Below are positions 9,976 to 18,495 of a DNA stretch of 64,000 nucleotides, in pieces. Numbering within the stretch: position 1 is the stretch's first letter; each line of letters begins with the position of its first letter. The notes under the pieces are model-generated. The model was not told the origin of the DNA. It did no database searches and saw nothing but the letters and a program-made list of their open reading frames with translations. This DNA comes from an uncultured Actinomycetes bacterium (GTDB lineage Bacteria > Actinomycetota > Thermoleophilia > Gaiellales > Gaiellaceae), in the NCBI GenBank assembly GCA_963729135.1, contig CAVSMT010000014.1:216609-280608 (forward strand), given 5' to 3'. The translations under genes were made by a program, and so were the position numbers.

Positions 9976-11493
9976 ATGGGCGGGGGGTCCAGGAACCTGA
10001 TCCTGGCCGCGATGATCTTCGCGGTGTCGATGACGTTCATCGACCAGACGATCGTCTCGATCGCGGCGCCGAACATCCAGCACGAGCTCGGCCTGAGCTC
10101 GACCGGCATGCAGTGGGCGATCAACGCGTACCTCCTCTCGCTCGCCGCGCTGTTCGCGTTCGGCGGTCGCCTCGCCGACACGCGGGGGCACACGCGCATG
10201 GTGGTGATCGGCGTGATCGTGTTCGCGGGCGCCTCGGCGCTCTGCGGGCTGACCCCGAGCGGCAGCATCGCCGAGGCGTGGCTCGTCGGCTTCCGGGCGC
10301 TCCAGGGCGCGGGCGGCGCGCTGATGTTCCCCGCCGCGCTCGCGATCGTCGTGCAGACGTTCCCGCTCCGGGAGCGCGGGCGGGCGCTCGCCGTCTTCTT
10401 CGGGATCGCCGGCGGCCTCACCTCGGTCGGCCCGATCCTCGGCGGCTTCCTCACGCAGTGGACGTGGCGCGCGATCTTCTGGGTGAACATCCCGGTCGCG
10501 CTCGTCGCGCTCGCGCTGATCGCGGTCGCGCGGCCGGCGACCGAGTACCGGCCGGCGCGGATCGACTACCGCGGGCTCGCCCTGATCGTCGCGGGCGTCG
10601 GGCTCAGCATCTTCGGCTTCCAGCAGGCGTCGCTCTGGGGCTGGAGCAGCCCGGGTGTCTGGCTGTGCGTCGTCGGCGGCCTCGCCGTCCTGGCCGTGTT
10701 CGGCGTCGTCGAGTCGCGCACGGAGTCGCCGCTGATCCAGGTCGGCATCTTCCGGATCCGTCCGTTCTCGGTCCAGAACGTCGTGCTCGGGATCGCGATG
10801 ATCGCCTTCCTGCCGACGTTCTTCTTCGCGAGCGAGTACGCGCAGATCGCGCTCGGGAAGTCGGCGTCGGGCGCGAGCCTCGTGCTCCTTTACTTCTTCC
10901 TCGGCTTCGTCGTCGCGGCGCAGATCGGCGGCCGGATGCTCGACCGGAGAGGCGCGAAGCGCCCCGTCGTGCTCGGCTGCGCGCTCGCCGCGGTCGGGTT
11001 CTACCTCTGGGCCGGGAAGGTGACCGACCTCGACCTCGGCTCGCAGGTCTGGTTCATCGTCCTCGCCGGCGCCGGGATGGGGTTCATGCTCGGCCCGTCG
11101 AGCACCGACGCGGTCAACCGCGCCTCGCGGCTCTCGTACGGCGAGGCGACCGGGATCACGCAGACCGTCCGCAACTACGCCGCGAGCCTCGGGATCGCCG
11201 TGCTCGGGACGATCCTCGTGAACGAGATGCGCTCGCACACGGTCTCGTCGCTCGTCGCGCGCGGCGTCTCGCGGGTCGACGCGAAGGCGCAGGCGGCCGC
11301 GATCTCGGAGTCGCAGGGGAACGGCTCGGGCCGCGCGATCCCGCACTTCATCCGGCTCGACTTCGCGCACGCGACGCGCAGCGTCCTGCTCGCGATGGCG
11401 ATCGTGATGGCAGCGGCGACGGTCGTCGCCCTGCTCGGGCTCCGCGCCGGCGTCCAGGTCGAGGCCGAGCCTGCGCCGGCCACGCCTCCCTGA
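9976..11493 (+). CDS. MFS transporter, DHA2 (EmrB/QacA-like, 14-TMS) drug:H+ antiporter family
   Basis: About 14 hydrophobic segments. MTFIDQTIVSIAAPNIQHELG, GGRLADTRGHTR (motif A-like) and FRALQGAGGALMFPAALAIV. Confidence 0.8.
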   Translation: MGGGSRNLILAAMIFAVSMTFIDQTIVSIAAPNIQHELGLSSTGMQWAINAYLLSLAALFAFGGRLADTRGHTRMVVIGVIVFAGASALCGLTPSGSIAEAWLVGFRALQGAGGALMFPAALAIVVQTFPLRERGRALAVFFGIAGGLTSVGPILGGFLTQWTWRAIFWVNIPVALVALALIAVARPATEYRPARIDYRGLALIVAGVGLSIFGFQQASLWGWSSPGVWLCVVGGLAVLAVFGVVESRTESPLIQVGIFRIRPFSVQNVVLGIAMIAFLPTFFFASEYAQIALGKSASGASLVLLYFFLGFVVAAQIGGRMLDRRGAKRPVVLGCALAAVGFYLWAGKVTDLDLGSQVWFIVLAGAGMGFMLGPSSTDAVNRASRLSYGEATGITQTVRNYAASLGIAVLGTILVNEMRSHTVSSLVARGVSRVDAKAQAAAISESQGNGSGRAIPHFIRLDFAHATRSVLLAMAIVMAAATVVALLGLRAGVQVEAEPAPATPP

Positions 11494-11518
11494 TCGCGGC
11501 GAGGCGTAGGCTTGCGAG

Positions 11519-11797
11519 ATGGCCGAACGCGAGCAGTTCACCAAGGAGGAGGCGCGGCGGTTCGGCGCCGAGATCGGGATCGACTGGGGGAGTTCGCCGT
11601 TCAACGTCGAGGAGTTCCGCGCCGGCATGGACGTCGAGCTCGAGCACGGGCTCCACGATCCCGAGACCAACGTGACCGACGACGACCCGCACGTGACCGC
11701 GCGGATCGCCCGCGCGCACCTGAACGAGTTCCCCGACTACTACACGCGCCTCGGGCGGATGGAGGAAGAGGCGAAGCGCGACTGGGCCGGACGCTGA
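11519..11797 (+). CDS. DUF5661 family protein
   Basis: GMDVELEHG..DPETNVTDDDP..ARIARAHLNEFPDYYTRL matches my memory of the DUF5661 signature. Confidence 0.5.
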   Translation: MAEREQFTKEEARRFGAEIGIDWGSSPFNVEEFRAGMDVELEHGLHDPETNVTDDDPHVTARIARAHLNEFPDYYTRLGRMEEEAKRDWAGR

Positions 11798-11810
11798 GCC
11801 GAGCCGCCGG

Positions 11811-12461
11811 TCAGTGGCCGGTGGCGGAGAAGTGCATGTAGTCCTTCGTCGAGCCGGTCCACGAGCCGCCCCAGCCCCAGCCCGCCGCGCGGAACGCCTC
11901 GACCACGGCCGGGGTGACCATCCCGCGTCGCACGCGCGAGCGGTCGAGGTACGAGAGCGCCGTCCTGTCGCGGGTCATCCCGCAGCCGACGTACGGGTTC
12001 TCGACCGGGTTCAGGTCGACGGCCTCGCCGTAGGCGTGCTCCGACCAGGTGCCGGTCGTCGTGTTCGCGAGGCCGCCGCACGGCGACGCGGAGGCCTGGC
12101 GGCACTCGAACGAGGCCGTGACGTCGCCGTCGGCCGGCTGCCCGCTCGCCGACCCGTACGTGTCCGAGAGCGCCATGTGGCGGATCGGAAACCGAATCGC
12201 GTACAGCCGCGCGAAGACCTGCGTCAGCGGCCCGACCGCGGCCTCGTTCACGACGAGCCGGCCGGTGTGCGCGCGCCCGTCGAAGCCGAGGTACCGCACG
12301 CTGAGCAGCCGGAGCCGGGAGAGCGCGACCGGGCAGCCGGCGTGCCACTCCTTCGCCGAGACGACCTGCGCGCGCACCGGCGCCGGGAGCGGCCGCGACG
12401 AGGCGTGTGAGGCCGCGAGCGCTGCGAGGGCCGCGAGCGTGACGGAGGCGAGGACGCGCAT
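11811..12461 (-). CDS. M15 family metallopeptidase (D-Ala-D-Ala carboxypeptidase/VanY-like), secreted
   Basis: Signal peptide MRVLASVTLAALAALAAS. Zn-binding motifs SEHAYGEAVD and DYMHFS. Confidence 0.8.
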   Translation of the reverse strand: MRVLASVTLAALAALAASHASSRPLPAPVRAQVVSAKEWHAGCPVALSRLRLLSVRYLGFDGRAHTGRLVVNEAAVGPLTQVFARLYAIRFPIRHMALSDTYGSASGQPADGDVTASFECRQASASPCGGLANTTTGTWSEHAYGEAVDLNPVENPYVGCGMTRDRTALSYLDRSRVRRGMVTPAVVEAFRAAGWGWGGSWTGSTKDYMHFSATGH

Positions 12462-12480
12462 CCCGGGACGATGCCCGAAA

Positions 12481-12518
12481 CGCTCGGGGCCCGGCAGCGA
12501 GGAACCGGGCCCCGAGCG
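12481..12518 (-). terminator. Hairpin terminator (14-bp perfect stem) downstream of the tandem-repeat protein gene
   Basis: CGCTCGGGGCCCGG-cagcgaggaa-CCGGGCCCCGAGCG lies 7 nt beyond the stop at 12525. Confidence 0.6.
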
Positions 12519-12524
12519 TCTCCG

Positions 12525-13676
12525 TCAGACCGGCCGGTAGACGAGCGCGTGGCTCGCGCTGCCGAGGTAGCCCTTGCCGGCCTGGTTCACGCTCATCGCG
12601 ACCCGGAGCGTCGAGCCCGGGAGCGGGAGCATGAAGACGGCGCTCGACGCGGAGCCGAGCCGCTTCTCCGCGAGGGTCTGCCAGGCGCCGCCGGCGACCT
12701 GGCGCTGGAGCTGGACCTTCTGGCCGCCGAACGAGCGGCCGGCCTGGACGCTCGTCCAGACGTGGCCGTTCGCGAGCTCGCGCACGGTGACGAGCGGCTT
12801 GACGCCGACGATCGCGTTCGGGCTCGTCTTCCCCGCCGCGCGGGCCGCGTACGTCGTCTGGATCGCGGGGCCGACGCGCCAGCTCCACGTGCCCCCTGCG
12901 CCGGTCGTGACGATCCCGATCGTCGCGGGCGCCGACGTGCCGAAGCCCCGCGCGAGGATCGAGACCGGCATGCCGGCGCGGCCGTTCACGAGCCGGCCCG
13001 ACAGGGTCAGCGGGTGCCCGTACAGCACCTTCGACGCCGAGGCCGTGAGCGTCAGCGAGCGGGGCCGGTACACGAACCCGTGGCTCGTCGACCCGAGCAG
13101 GCCCTTACCGGCCTGGTTCACGCTGAGCGCGGCGCGGAGCGTCGAGGCCGGGAACGCGGGTGCGAAGACGGCGATCGACGCCGAGCTGAGCTTCTTCGTC
13201 ATGACGGTCTGCCACGTCGCGCCGGTGAGCCGCTGGAGCTGCAGCGTGCTTCCCGCGAGCGAGCGGCCGGCGTCGAGGCCGACCGACACGTGGCCGTTGT
13301 CGAGCACGCGGACGGTGATTGCCGGGCGGACGCCGACCGTCACCTTCGGGCTCGTCGTGGACGCGTGCCAGCGGGCCGCGTACGTCGTCTGGACCATCGG
13401 CTTCGCGGCGAAGCTCCAGCTGCCCTCCGGGCCGGTCGTGACGGTTGCGACGTGGACCGGGGCCGACCGGCCGTACGGCCAGGCGAGGATCGAGATGCTC
13501 TGGCCCGGCAGGCGGTTGCCGAGCCGTCCCGAGAGCGTGAGCGGGTGGCCCGCGAGCACCTTGTAGCCGGAGACGGAGAGGCTGAGGCTCGTGCGGGCCG
13601 CGCCGGCCGACGCGGAGCCGAGGAGCGAGGTCGCCGCGATCGCGGCGACGAGAAGGAACGTGCGCACCACAAACAC
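12525..13676 (-). CDS. Secreted protein built from two tandem ~176-aa repeats (function unknown)
   Basis: Signal peptide MFVVRTFLLVAAIAATSLLGSASAGAA. The two halves align end to end (..KVLxGHPLTLSGRL..TTYAAR..LQLQR..SVNQAGKGxLGSxSHxxVYRP). Confidence 0.6.
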   Translation of the reverse strand: MFVVRTFLLVAAIAATSLLGSASAGAARTSLSLSVSGYKVLAGHPLTLSGRLGNRLPGQSISILAWPYGRSAPVHVATVTTGPEGSWSFAAKPMVQTTYAARWHASTTSPKVTVGVRPAITVRVLDNGHVSVGLDAGRSLAGSTLQLQRLTGATWQTVMTKKLSSASIAVFAPAFPASTLRAALSVNQAGKGLLGSTSHGFVYRPRSLTLTASASKVLYGHPLTLSGRLVNGRAGMPVSILARGFGTSAPATIGIVTTGAGGTWSWRVGPAIQTTYAARAAGKTSPNAIVGVKPLVTVRELANGHVWTSVQAGRSFGGQKVQLQRQVAGGAWQTLAEKRLGSASSAVFMLPLPGSTLRVAMSVNQAGKGYLGSASHALVYRPV

Positions 13677-13770
13677 CCCCTGTGAACGAACATTGGGCTA
13701 CGTCGGCGTGCTACCCGGCCGCGCAGGTTCCATGCCTCACCGGGCGAGGCGACCAGTACCGTTGGCGCCC

Positions 13771-14712
13771 ATGGCCCGGAGCTGGACGGAGTTCCTCGGC
13801 GACGCCGAGGGGCCGTACGAGACCCAGGAGGCGCAGCGCGGCTTCATCGGCCGGCTGCGCGACTCGCTGTCGCGCTCGCGCCGCGCGCTCACCGAGCAGC
13901 TCGCGGTCGCGGCGTTCGACCCGAGCGACGAGGGGTCGTGGGAGCGGCTCGAGGAGGCGCTGATCCAGGGCGACGTCGGCGTGGCCGCGACCGCCGAGCT
14001 CGTCCGGCGGCTCGAGGCGCGGCAGGAGCTCGGCGACCTGAACGACGCGCTCGCCGAGGAGATCGCGACGCTCTTCGGCGCGCCGCCCGTGCTCGAGCTC
14101 GACCACCACCACCCGGCGGTGATCCTCGTCGTCGGCGTGAACGGCACCGGGAAGACGACGACGATCGGCAAGCTCGCGCAGAAGCTCCGCGAGCACGGCC
14201 GCGAGGTGACGGTCGGCGCCGCCGACACGTTCCGCGCCGCGGCCGAGGAGCAGCTCGAGATCTGGGCGAGCCGTGCCGGCGCGCGTTTCGTCGGCGGCGC
14301 GCGCGGCTCCGACCCGGCCGCGGTCGCCTACGACGCGGTCTCCGCGGGCGGCGACGTCGTGATCGTCGACACGGCGGGCCGCCTCCACACGCAGACGAAT
14401 CTGATGGACGAGCTCACGAAGGTGCGGCGCGTGATCGCCGGCCGGCTCGAGGGCGCGCCGCACGAGACGCTCCTCGTGGTCGACGCGACGACCGGCCAGA
14501 ACGCGATCCAGCAGGCGCGCCTCTTCAAGGAGGCCGTGGACGTGACCGGCGTCGCGCTGACGAAGCTCGACGGCTCTGCGAAGGGCGGCGTCGCCGTCGC
14601 GATCGCGTTCGAGCTCGGCCTGCCGGTGAAGCTGATCGGCGTGGGGGAGGGCCTCGACGACCTGCGCCCGTTCGACCCGCGCGACTTCGCGCGCGCGCTC
14701 GTCGCGGGCTGA
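13771..14712 (+). CDS. ftsY: Signal recognition particle receptor FtsY
   Basis: VGVNGTGKTTTIGKLA, DTAGRLH and TKLDGSAKGG GTPase boxes. An alternative ATG lies at 13732. Confidence 0.9.
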   Translation: MARSWTEFLGDAEGPYETQEAQRGFIGRLRDSLSRSRRALTEQLAVAAFDPSDEGSWERLEEALIQGDVGVAATAELVRRLEARQELGDLNDALAEEIATLFGAPPVLELDHHHPAVILVVGVNGTGKTTTIGKLAQKLREHGREVTVGAADTFRAAAEEQLEIWASRAGARFVGGARGSDPAAVAYDAVSAGGDVVIVDTAGRLHTQTNLMDELTKVRRVIAGRLEGAPHETLLVVDATTGQNAIQQARLFKEAVDVTGVALTKLDGSAKGGVAVAIAFELGLPVKLIGVGEGLDDLRPFDPRDFARALVAG

Positions 14713-14718
14713 CCCGCG

Positions 14719-15678
14719 TCACGCGGCAGCGCGCTCGAGCCGGCGGCGGTAGCCCGACCGCTGGGCCGCGAGCGTCGCGGTGCCGGCGATCACGATGCAC
14801 GCGAGGTTGATCACGAGCTGCTCGAGCGCCCCGCCCAGCTCCGACCAGTCGCGGTAGGCGAGCGCGACGCCAACGTTGCCGGCCGCCGGGATCGTCGTCA
14901 CCGAGATGAGCACGCCGAGCAGTGCGCCCGACTTCGCGGTCGTGAGCGAGAGCATCCCGGCGATGCCCGCGAGCAGCGCGACGAGCACGGAGAACGTGTC
15001 CGGGTGGGAGATGAAGTACGTGGCCGGGCGCGAGTGCGCCGCGATCCGGTCCGGCGCCGCGCCCGTCCAGCGGAGGACGAGGACGGCGACGGTCGTGACC
15101 GAGATCCCGAGCGGGAAGCCGACCGCGAGCGCGGCCGCCGAGCGCCGCGCGAGCGCGCGGCGCCGCTCGACGAGTGCGACGCAGAGCCCGGCGAGCGGGC
15201 CGAACTCGGGGCCGACGACCATCGCGCCGATGATCAGGATCTGCGAGTCGGTGAGGATCCCGATCGCGGCGATCAGCGTCGCGAGCACCATGAACGCCAG
15301 GAAGCTGAACGAGAGCTCGGCGCTCTCGGACGTCCGCGCCTCGACCTCCTCCCAGATCACCGCGTCCGAGGCAGAGCCGATCGAGGCGCGGGCAGCGGCG
15401 CTCGCGCCGCGCGACACGGTCGTCGCGACCTCCTCGATCGAGATCGAGCCGCGCTCGTCCACGCCGAGAACGCAGAGCCGGTCGACGATCACGCTGACCT
15501 CCTCGCGCGCGACGTCGCAGAGCAGGAGGTCGCCCGGCGGCTCGAGCGCGGCGCCGGGCAGGCGGACGAGGTTGACGACGGCGGGCGATCGCGAGAGCGT
15601 GTCGATCACGCCGTCGGCCAGGTCGGCCGGCACGATCACGCGGAGGTTGACGAAGCTCGCGTCGACCGTTCCCGCCAT
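14719..15678 (-). CDS. DUF389 domain-containing membrane protein
   Basis: Soluble N-terminal domain followed by about 6 TM segments (LIIGAMVVGPEFGPLAG, TTAKSGALLGVLISVTTIPAAGN). Confidence 0.65.
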   Translation of the reverse strand: MAGTVDASFVNLRVIVPADLADGVIDTLSRSPAVVNLVRLPGAALEPPGDLLLCDVAREEVSVIVDRLCVLGVDERGSISIEEVATTVSRGASAAARASIGSASDAVIWEEVEARTSESAELSFSFLAFMVLATLIAAIGILTDSQILIIGAMVVGPEFGPLAGLCVALVERRRALARRSAAALAVGFPLGISVTTVAVLVLRWTGAAPDRIAAHSRPATYFISHPDTFSVLVALLAGIAGMLSLTTAKSGALLGVLISVTTIPAAGNVGVALAYRDWSELGGALEQLVINLACIVIAGTATLAAQRSGYRRRLERAAA

Positions 15679-15763
15679 CCGCGCGATCGTACGGCGCGCC
15701 CCGGCCGGCGCACGGGTGCGGGCGGACGCCTCCCGACAGGTCGGCAGGCGCCCGCCGCGGGAG

Positions 15764-16222
15764 CTACCTGATCCCGACCTCCGGCCGGCTGTAGACGGCC
15801 TGCCCCGGCTGGGAGATCTCGTCCACGAGTTGGCCGGCCCTGCGGTCCTTCACCTCGTGGACGAGGTCGGCCTGGGACAGGATCCCGACGATCCGGTCGT
15901 TCTCGAGGATCGGCAACCGGCGGATCCGCCACGCGGCCATGCGCTCGACGGCGTCGTCGAGCGACTCGTCTGGGGTCGCGTAGCGCGGGTCGGAGGTGGC
16001 GATCTCCTCGATCGCCGTCGTGCGCGGGTCGCGCCCGGTCGCGATCACGCGCAGGACGATGTCGCGGTCGGTGACGATCCCGGCGAGGAAGCCCCGGTCG
16101 TCGACGACCGGCAGCGAACCGATGTCCTCCTCGAGCATCCTCCTCGCCGCGTCGGCGGCGGTCGCGCGCCGCGGGACGGTCTGCGGGTTCGGGGTCATCG
16201 CATCGGCAACGGTCTTGCTCAT
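15764..16222 (-). CDS. CBS domain pair protein
   Basis: GGAGG RBS before ATG 16222. Two CBS motifs (MTPNPQTV..GSLPVVDDRGFLAGIVTDRDI; RRLPILENDRIVGILSQADL). Confidence 0.8.
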   Translation of the reverse strand: MSKTVADAMTPNPQTVPRRATAADAARRMLEEDIGSLPVVDDRGFLAGIVTDRDIVLRVIATGRDPRTTAIEEIATSDPRYATPDESLDDAVERMAAWRIRRLPILENDRIVGILSQADLVHEVKDRRAGQLVDEISQPGQAVYSRPEVGIR

Positions 16223-16295
16223 CGAAACCCTCCTCTCTCGGACACCGTCGGCCTTCCGCGGCCGAGCATCCGCGAAACGCGCGGCCGGGTCGAGT

Positions 16296-16317
16296 GGCCC
16301 ATCTGTACACATGGGCC
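16296..16317. repeat. 22-bp near-perfect palindrome GGCCCATCTGTACACATGGGCC (copy 1 of 2) in a divergent intergenic region
   Basis: It differs by one mismatched pair from the perfect palindrome GGCCCATGTGTACACATGGGCC. It is an AT-rich core in a GC-rich genome. The second copy is at 25134-25155. Confidence 0.7.
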
Positions 16318-16362
16318 GGCCCACAGGTGGCCAACTCGCACGAGGCGTGCGATCCTGACGGC

Positions 16363-16863
16363 GTGATCGAAGCCGATCTCCGCCGCCGCCTCGCGCTCGT
16401 CGGGGCCGCGATCGCGGCGCTGCTCGTCGCCGGTGGCGCGTCCGCGGCGTTCGTCGTCCCGTCGTCGGAGATCGCGCAGGACAAGCTCGTGATCTCGCAG
16501 ATGGCCGCGCCGGGCGACTTCTTCCGGCTCCCGACCTGGGCGCCGCCGCGCTACGTCGAGTCGAGCAGCGGGCTCGGGACGACGTACGTCGACCTCGTGC
16601 TCACGGACAAGCGCTATGTCAGGAAGACCGGGCCGGCGCTGCTGAAGCACTCGCTCGCGTTCACCTCCGAGGTCGTCCCGCTCACGCTCGCGCGCTGCCT
16701 GACGACGAAGCCGGACGAGACCCAGACCGTCCCGAAGACCGGCAAGCCGGCGTGGCGCTGCTTCGCCGGCCGCAAGGGGACGATCGTCCGCGTGTCGGCG
16801 TACGGGCCGGGCCTGTCGGCCGCCGCGCTCCGGCGCATCGTGAACTCGACGAAGCCTGCCTGA
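16363..16863 (+). CDS. Hypothetical membrane-anchored protein
   Basis: GTG 16363 followed by an N-terminal TM helix LALVGAAIAALLVAGGASAAFVV. No recognisable family. The track ORF starts at 16294, but that would cover the palindrome. Confidence 0.4.
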   Translation: MIEADLRRRLALVGAAIAALLVAGGASAAFVVPSSEIAQDKLVISQMAAPGDFFRLPTWAPPRYVESSSGLGTTYVDLVLTDKRYVRKTGPALLKHSLAFTSEVVPLTLARCLTTKPDETQTVPKTGKPAWRCFAGRKGTIVRVSAYGPGLSAAALRRIVNSTKPA

Positions 16864-16869
16864 GCTCCC

Positions 16870-17709
16870 TTGAGGCTCGGGCTCCAGCTCCCCGAGGTCG
16901 AGCGCGAGGTCCGCTGGCCGGAGCTCCGCGCGATCGCCCGCGCCGCCGAGGAGTGCGGCTTCGACTCGGTCTGGCTCGGCGACCACATGCTCTACCGCGG
17001 CGACGGCCGGCCCGAGCGCGGGCCGTGGGACGTCTGGACGACGCTCGCCGCGCTCGCCGCCTCGACCGAGCGCGTCACGCTCGGGCCGCTCGTCGCCTCG
17101 ACCGCGTTCCACCCGCCGGGCCTGCTCGCGCGGATGGCCGCGACGATCGACGAGGCGTCCGGCGGCCGGTTCATGCTCGGGCTCGGCGCGGGGTGGAACG
17201 AGGTCGAGTTCCGCGCGTTCGGCATCCCGTTCGACCGGCTCGTGTCGCGGTTCGAGGAGGCGTTCGAGATCGTCCGCCGCCTGCTCGCCGGCGAGCGCGT
17301 CACGTTCGCGGGGCGCTTCCATCGAGTCGAGGACGCCGTGCTCCTCCCGCGGCCGGCGCGGCGCGTGCCGCTGCTCGTGGGCGGCGCCGGGCCTCGGCTG
17401 CTCGCGATCGCGCTGCCGCACGTCGAGTCGTGGAACGTCTGGTACGGCGAGTACGGCAACGACGTGGAACGCTTCGCGCGGCTCGCCGGGCGCGGCCGTC
17501 CGGGAGTCGAGCGGAGCGCCTGCGTGTTCGTCACGGTGGACGGCGGCGCGGGCGAGCGCCCGCACGAGCCGGACGCGCCGCCGGTCGAGCTGCCTCGCCT
17601 CGCGGCCCATCTCCGCGAGCTCGCCGACGCGGGGGCGGACGAGGCGATCCTCGTCGTCGACCCGATCACCGAGCGTTCCGTCCGCGCGATCGCCGACGCG
17701 CTCGCCTGA
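16870..17709 (+). CDS. LLM-class (luciferase-like) F420-dependent oxidoreductase
   Basis: FDSVWLGDHM, TLGPLVAS, GGRFMLGLGAGW and PLLVGGAGPR are typical of the luciferase-like monooxygenase family. Confidence 0.75.
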   Translation: MRLGLQLPEVEREVRWPELRAIARAAEECGFDSVWLGDHMLYRGDGRPERGPWDVWTTLAALAASTERVTLGPLVASTAFHPPGLLARMAATIDEASGGRFMLGLGAGWNEVEFRAFGIPFDRLVSRFEEAFEIVRRLLAGERVTFAGRFHRVEDAVLLPRPARRVPLLVGGAGPRLLAIALPHVESWNVWYGEYGNDVERFARLAGRGRPGVERSACVFVTVDGGAGERPHEPDAPPVELPRLAAHLRELADAGADEAILVVDPITERSVRAIADALA

Positions 17710-17728
17710 CGCGCGTATCGTCCGCGCC

Positions 17729-18460
17729 ATGAGCTCGCCGCCCACCGTCGCGCCGGCCCTGACGCGGATGGAGCAGATCCTCGCCGGGCTCACGAAGTCC
17801 GACGGAGTCGCGTGCTTCACGCGGCTGTACCTCGCGGTCACGGAGGCGGTCGAGACGCGGCTCTCCGCCATGACGTTCGCCGACCCCGCGTTCATGGCCG
17901 CGCTCGACGTGCAGTTCGCCGACCTCTTCTTCGCGGCGGTCGACGCCGCCGCGCGAGACCCGGCCACGGTCCCGCGGGCGTGGGCGCCGCTCCTCGAGGA
18001 CCGAGCCCGGAAGGGCATCGCGCCACTCCAGTTCGCGCTCGCGGGGATGAACGCGCACATCAACCGCGACCTCGCGGTCGCGCTCGTCGCGACGTGCCGC
18101 GCGGCCGGGATCGCGCTCGACCGCGGCTCACCGCAGCACGCCGACTTCGTCCGCATCAACGACGTCCTCGCGGCGGTCGAGCCGCAGGTGAAGCAGCAGT
18201 ACGTCCCGCGCGGCTTCTTCCGCAGCCTCGACCGGGCGCTCCACCGGGTGCACCGCCTCGACGACGTCGTCGCGATGTGGGACGTGTCCCGCGCGCGCGA
18301 CGCGGCGTGGGCAAACGCCGAGGCGATGTGGGCGATCCGCGACGACGCAGGACTGTCGGCCGACTTCCTCACCGTGCTCGACCGGACGGTCGGGTTCGCG
18401 GGGCGCGGGCTGCTCGTCCCGGCCGACACGTTCCTGCAGCGCCTCGGCCGCAGGTTCTGA
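17729..18460 (+). CDS. DUF5995 family protein
   Basis: The FALAGMNAHINRDL motif and overall length match my memory of DUF5995. Confidence 0.45.
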   Translation: MSSPPTVAPALTRMEQILAGLTKSDGVACFTRLYLAVTEAVETRLSAMTFADPAFMAALDVQFADLFFAAVDAAARDPATVPRAWAPLLEDRARKGIAPLQFALAGMNAHINRDLAVALVATCRAAGIALDRGSPQHADFVRINDVLAAVEPQVKQQYVPRGFFRSLDRALHRVHRLDDVVAMWDVSRARDAAWANAEAMWAIRDDAGLSADFLTVLDRTVGFAGRGLLVPADTFLQRLGRRF

Positions 18461-18495
18461 GCGACGCGGGCCGATCGCTGGAACCATGTCCGGCG

